Of a DNA stretch of 6,544 nt, positions 5,184 through 6,544 are shown piece after piece. The notes beneath the pieces were generated by a model that was given only the letters and a program-made list of their open reading frames with translations, searched no databases and was not told the origin of the DNA. Position 1 is the first letter of the stretch; every line of letters starts with the position of its first letter. This DNA is from Alcaligenaceae bacterium (GTDB taxonomy: Bacteria > Pseudomonadota > Gammaproteobacteria > Burkholderiales > Burkholderiaceae_B): positions 1 through 6,544 of the forward strand of contig JBAWWV010000209.1 in the NCBI GenBank assembly GCA_037146575.1. The letters run 5' to 3'. The position numbers were made by a program, and so were the translations under genes.

Positions 5184-6247
5184 GGCTTGCCACCTACCAA
5201 TCTATCGGCCACGTCAGGCCGAGCTTTGCCGCTCCAACTGGTGACCGCTTCACCCGTTGGCAAATAAGATTCAACGGACATACCGGTCAACTTCAACCTA
5301 GGCGGATTCGTCAAAACCCGAGTCTTTTTGCCGTCAGACAACAAAACATAAACCCCTGCCCCTTCAGTCCAATAACCAGCAACACGCCAATCATCAGAAA
5401 CCGAAGAGACGGGCTTATTCACAGCAGATTGAGACACAGATTGAGAAGAAACAGGAACAACTTTCGATTCATCCTTAGGATTTAAAAAACGATAAATCAA
5501 AAAAATAGGAACAAAAAGTAAAACCAAACCAACAGGCAAAACAATACGAAATAAGGCACCTTTTAAAACATTGCCCCTTTGGTCAATATTCTCTTCTTGA
5601 GCATCGGCACCGCCCTCAGATTTTTGGCTATGTGAGGAGTACAAACCGAAGTATTTAAGGTCATAAACCTTAAAAATCTGCCGCAACTGGTCAGAGCGTT
5701 TATCACTACCACCCTGAAAAATGTCAACACGATACCGCTTGCTACTACCTATCGCCGTGGCCTTGGTCATACGATAAGTTTCTTCTATCACCCCCCTAAT
5801 GCTCAGGTTTATATCTCGAACCTGTTGGGTAATGATGGCAACATCACACGTCAAACCAGTTTTCTCATGCGCAAAATGCCGGTGCATGCGGAAAAAATTC
5901 ATGTGCCGACTAGGAATATCCCCCCTCGCCTTCCAAAACCGCCAAATTTCATCTAAGGCAACCAAGTCACCCGGCTGAATAAAAGACTCAAGTCCCCGCT
6001 TAACATCCTCGTCAGTACGAAAAAAATGAGGTTCCAAGACCTGATCATGAGATACAGAAACCAACTCACCAATCTGATCAAACGGAACACCCTCAGACAG
6101 CAACAAACCACGCATCGCATCAAAATTTAGACCTGCAATGTTGCTCACCACACGACGACCACGGCGTAGACCATTGAGGATCACATGAGATACAACCTCA
6201 TAAGTTTTGCCTGCTCCCTGGCGCCCAACATAGGCTTTAATGCTCAT
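5180..6247 (-). CDS. zot: Zot-like phage assembly ATPase (pI homolog), 355 aa
   Basis: Walker A GRQGAGKT at residues 8-15 (nt 6203-6226, checked against the DNA). Walker B-like DLVALDEIW. A single TM helix ALFRIVLPVGLVLLFVPIFLIYRFL lies at about two thirds of the length, followed by a Ser-rich linker and a periplasmic C-domain. This is the Zot/pI architecture (PF05707). The position between the pVI-like gene and the secretin gene agrees. Confidence 0.93.
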   Translation of the reverse strand: MSIKAYVGRQGAGKTYEVVSHVILNGLRRGRRVVSNIAGLNFDAMRGLLLSEGVPFDQIGELVSVSHDQVLEPHFFRTDEDVKRGLESFIQPGDLVALDEIWRFWKARGDIPSRHMNFFRMHRHFAHEKTGLTCDVAIITQQVRDINLSIRGVIEETYRMTKATAIGSSKRYRVDIFQGGSDKRSDQLRQIFKVYDLKYFGLYSSHSQKSEGGADAQEENIDQRGNVLKGALFRIVLPVGLVLLFVPIFLIYRFLNPKDESKVVPVSSQSVSQSAVNKPVSSVSDDWRVAGYWTEGAGVYVLLSDGKKTRVLTNPPRLKLTGMSVESYLPTGEAVTSWSGKARPDVADRLVGGKP

Positions 6248-6253
6248 AATGGC

Positions 6254-6544
6254 TTAACCGATCACAGGTAAACGACGGATCAAAAACCGAGCAACAAACG
6301 CAGAAATCAAAAGCGGCAAGCCAAAACTTATTTGGAAAAAATCGAGGAAATACCAGACACCAGGACTTACCGAAGAAAAAGCACTCGTCAGGCTGGCTAC
6401 ACCAAGGAACGGACCCAGATATGAAACTGCAATAGGTACAAGAAATGCGACTAAAGCCCAAACAGCTGAAAAAACCACGAATTTGATAACAATATCGCGG
6501 AAAATCCACGTAACCAATGGGGCAAGCAGTAGAGGAACAGGCAT
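6254..6544 (-). CDS. Small hydrophobic virion/assembly protein, pVI/Ace-like (DUF2523-like), 96 aa
   Basis: Several predicted hydrophobic helices and a basic C-terminal tail ARFLIRRLPVIG. Size (96 aa) and position directly upstream of zot mirror Ace of CTXphi and pVI of Ff phages. The ATG is the last three bases of the window, so the true start cannot be verified and the ORF could extend off-window. Stop is TAA at 6254-6256, 6 nt before the zot start. Confidence 0.7.
   Translation of the reverse strand: MPVPLLLAPLVTWIFRDIVIKFVVFSAVWALVAFLVPIAVSYLGPFLGVASLTSAFSSVSPGVWYFLDFFQISFGLPLLISAFVARFLIRRLPVIG

Larger units (their letters stand above)
3430..6544 (-). mobile_element. Filamentous (Inoviridae-like) prophage fragment: distal morphogenesis module plus accessory gene; continues beyond the right window edge
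   Basis: The gene order small hydrophobic pVI/Ace-like protein -> pI/Zot P-loop ATPase -> pIV secretin is the canonical Ff-type gVI-gI-gIV arrangement. All genes are on one strand with tight or overlapping junctions. The plus strand is conspicuously A/C-rich and G-poor, so the coding strand is T/G-rich. That skew is typical of ssDNA filamentous phages, whose packaged strand is the coding strand. Confidence 0.85.

Noticed and set aside
3804-5267. Plus-strand ORFs 3804..4265, 4719..4928 and 4941..5267, and the minus-strand off-frame ORF 4838..5035
   Set aside because: They are antisense or off-frame to the strongly supported secretin, zot and ParE-like genes. Their translations are low-complexity (Pro/His/Gln/Asn/Thr-rich) because the plus strand is A/C-rich.
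5425-5446. Imperfect 12-nt tandem duplication: CAGATTGAGA at 5425-5434 and 5437-5446
   Set aside because: It encodes the Ser/Gln-rich linker (SQSVSQSA) after the Zot TM helix. This is a small in-frame duplication within low-complexity coding sequence, not an independent element.
5180-5560. Internal in-frame restart producing a pXI-like C-terminal fragment of pI/Zot, as in Ff phages
   Set aside because: There is no ATG, nor an obvious SD with an alternative start, just upstream of the TM segment. The nearest Met codons are far from the position expected by analogy. It cannot be supported from the sequence.
6237-6509. 90-aa minus-strand ORF overlapping the pVI/Ace-like gene in another frame
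   Set aside because: It is Cys/Phe-rich, it would overlap both the zot start and nearly all of the pVI-like gene, and the pVI-like frame gives a coherent multi-helix membrane protein with the expected size and position.
1-6544. Search by eye for CRISPR-like regularly spaced repeats, tRNA/rRNA genes and long direct repeats that could be prophage att sites
   Set aside because: None found. The only repeat systems are the IS terminal and subterminal repeats and short coding low-complexity tracts. Prophage att sites, if any, are off-window or were removed by the IS-associated rearrangement.

Overview
Mosaic accessory region with four parts, left to right. (i) The 3' ~1.1 kb of an IS110-family insertion sequence, with the transposase ORF open to the window edge (2..1123 +). 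(ii) A short AT-rich island holding one orphan minus-strand ORF (1172..1612), with a small hairpin at each end. (iii) A complete-looking ~1.6 kb IS (about 1798..3429). It carries an rve-type DD(36)E transposase (1915..3174 +) and is bounded by imperfect inverted repeats with G-rich/C-rich subterminal repeat arrays. (iv) From ~3430 to the right edge, the distal part of a filamentous (Inoviridae-like) prophage read on the minus strand. Its genes are a pVI/Ace-like small membrane protein (6254..6544), a pI/Zot assembly ATPase (5180..6247), a pIV secretin (3930..5183) and a 173-aa ORF (3412..3933) joined to the secretin gene by an ATGA overlap. The middle and C-terminal part of that ORF (about half of it) looks like a ParE/RelE-fold toxin and its N-terminus looks like a ribbon-helix-helix ParD-type antitoxin, so it may be a single-chain toxin-antitoxin. 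This is the most interesting candidate in the window. The last codons and the stop codon of that ORF are supplied by the IS inverted repeat. No target-site duplication is visible, and base composition changes abruptly across the IS, so the prophage is probably truncated or rearranged here. No rRNA, tRNA or CRISPR array was seen. All family assignments come from motif recognition by eye; no searches were run.
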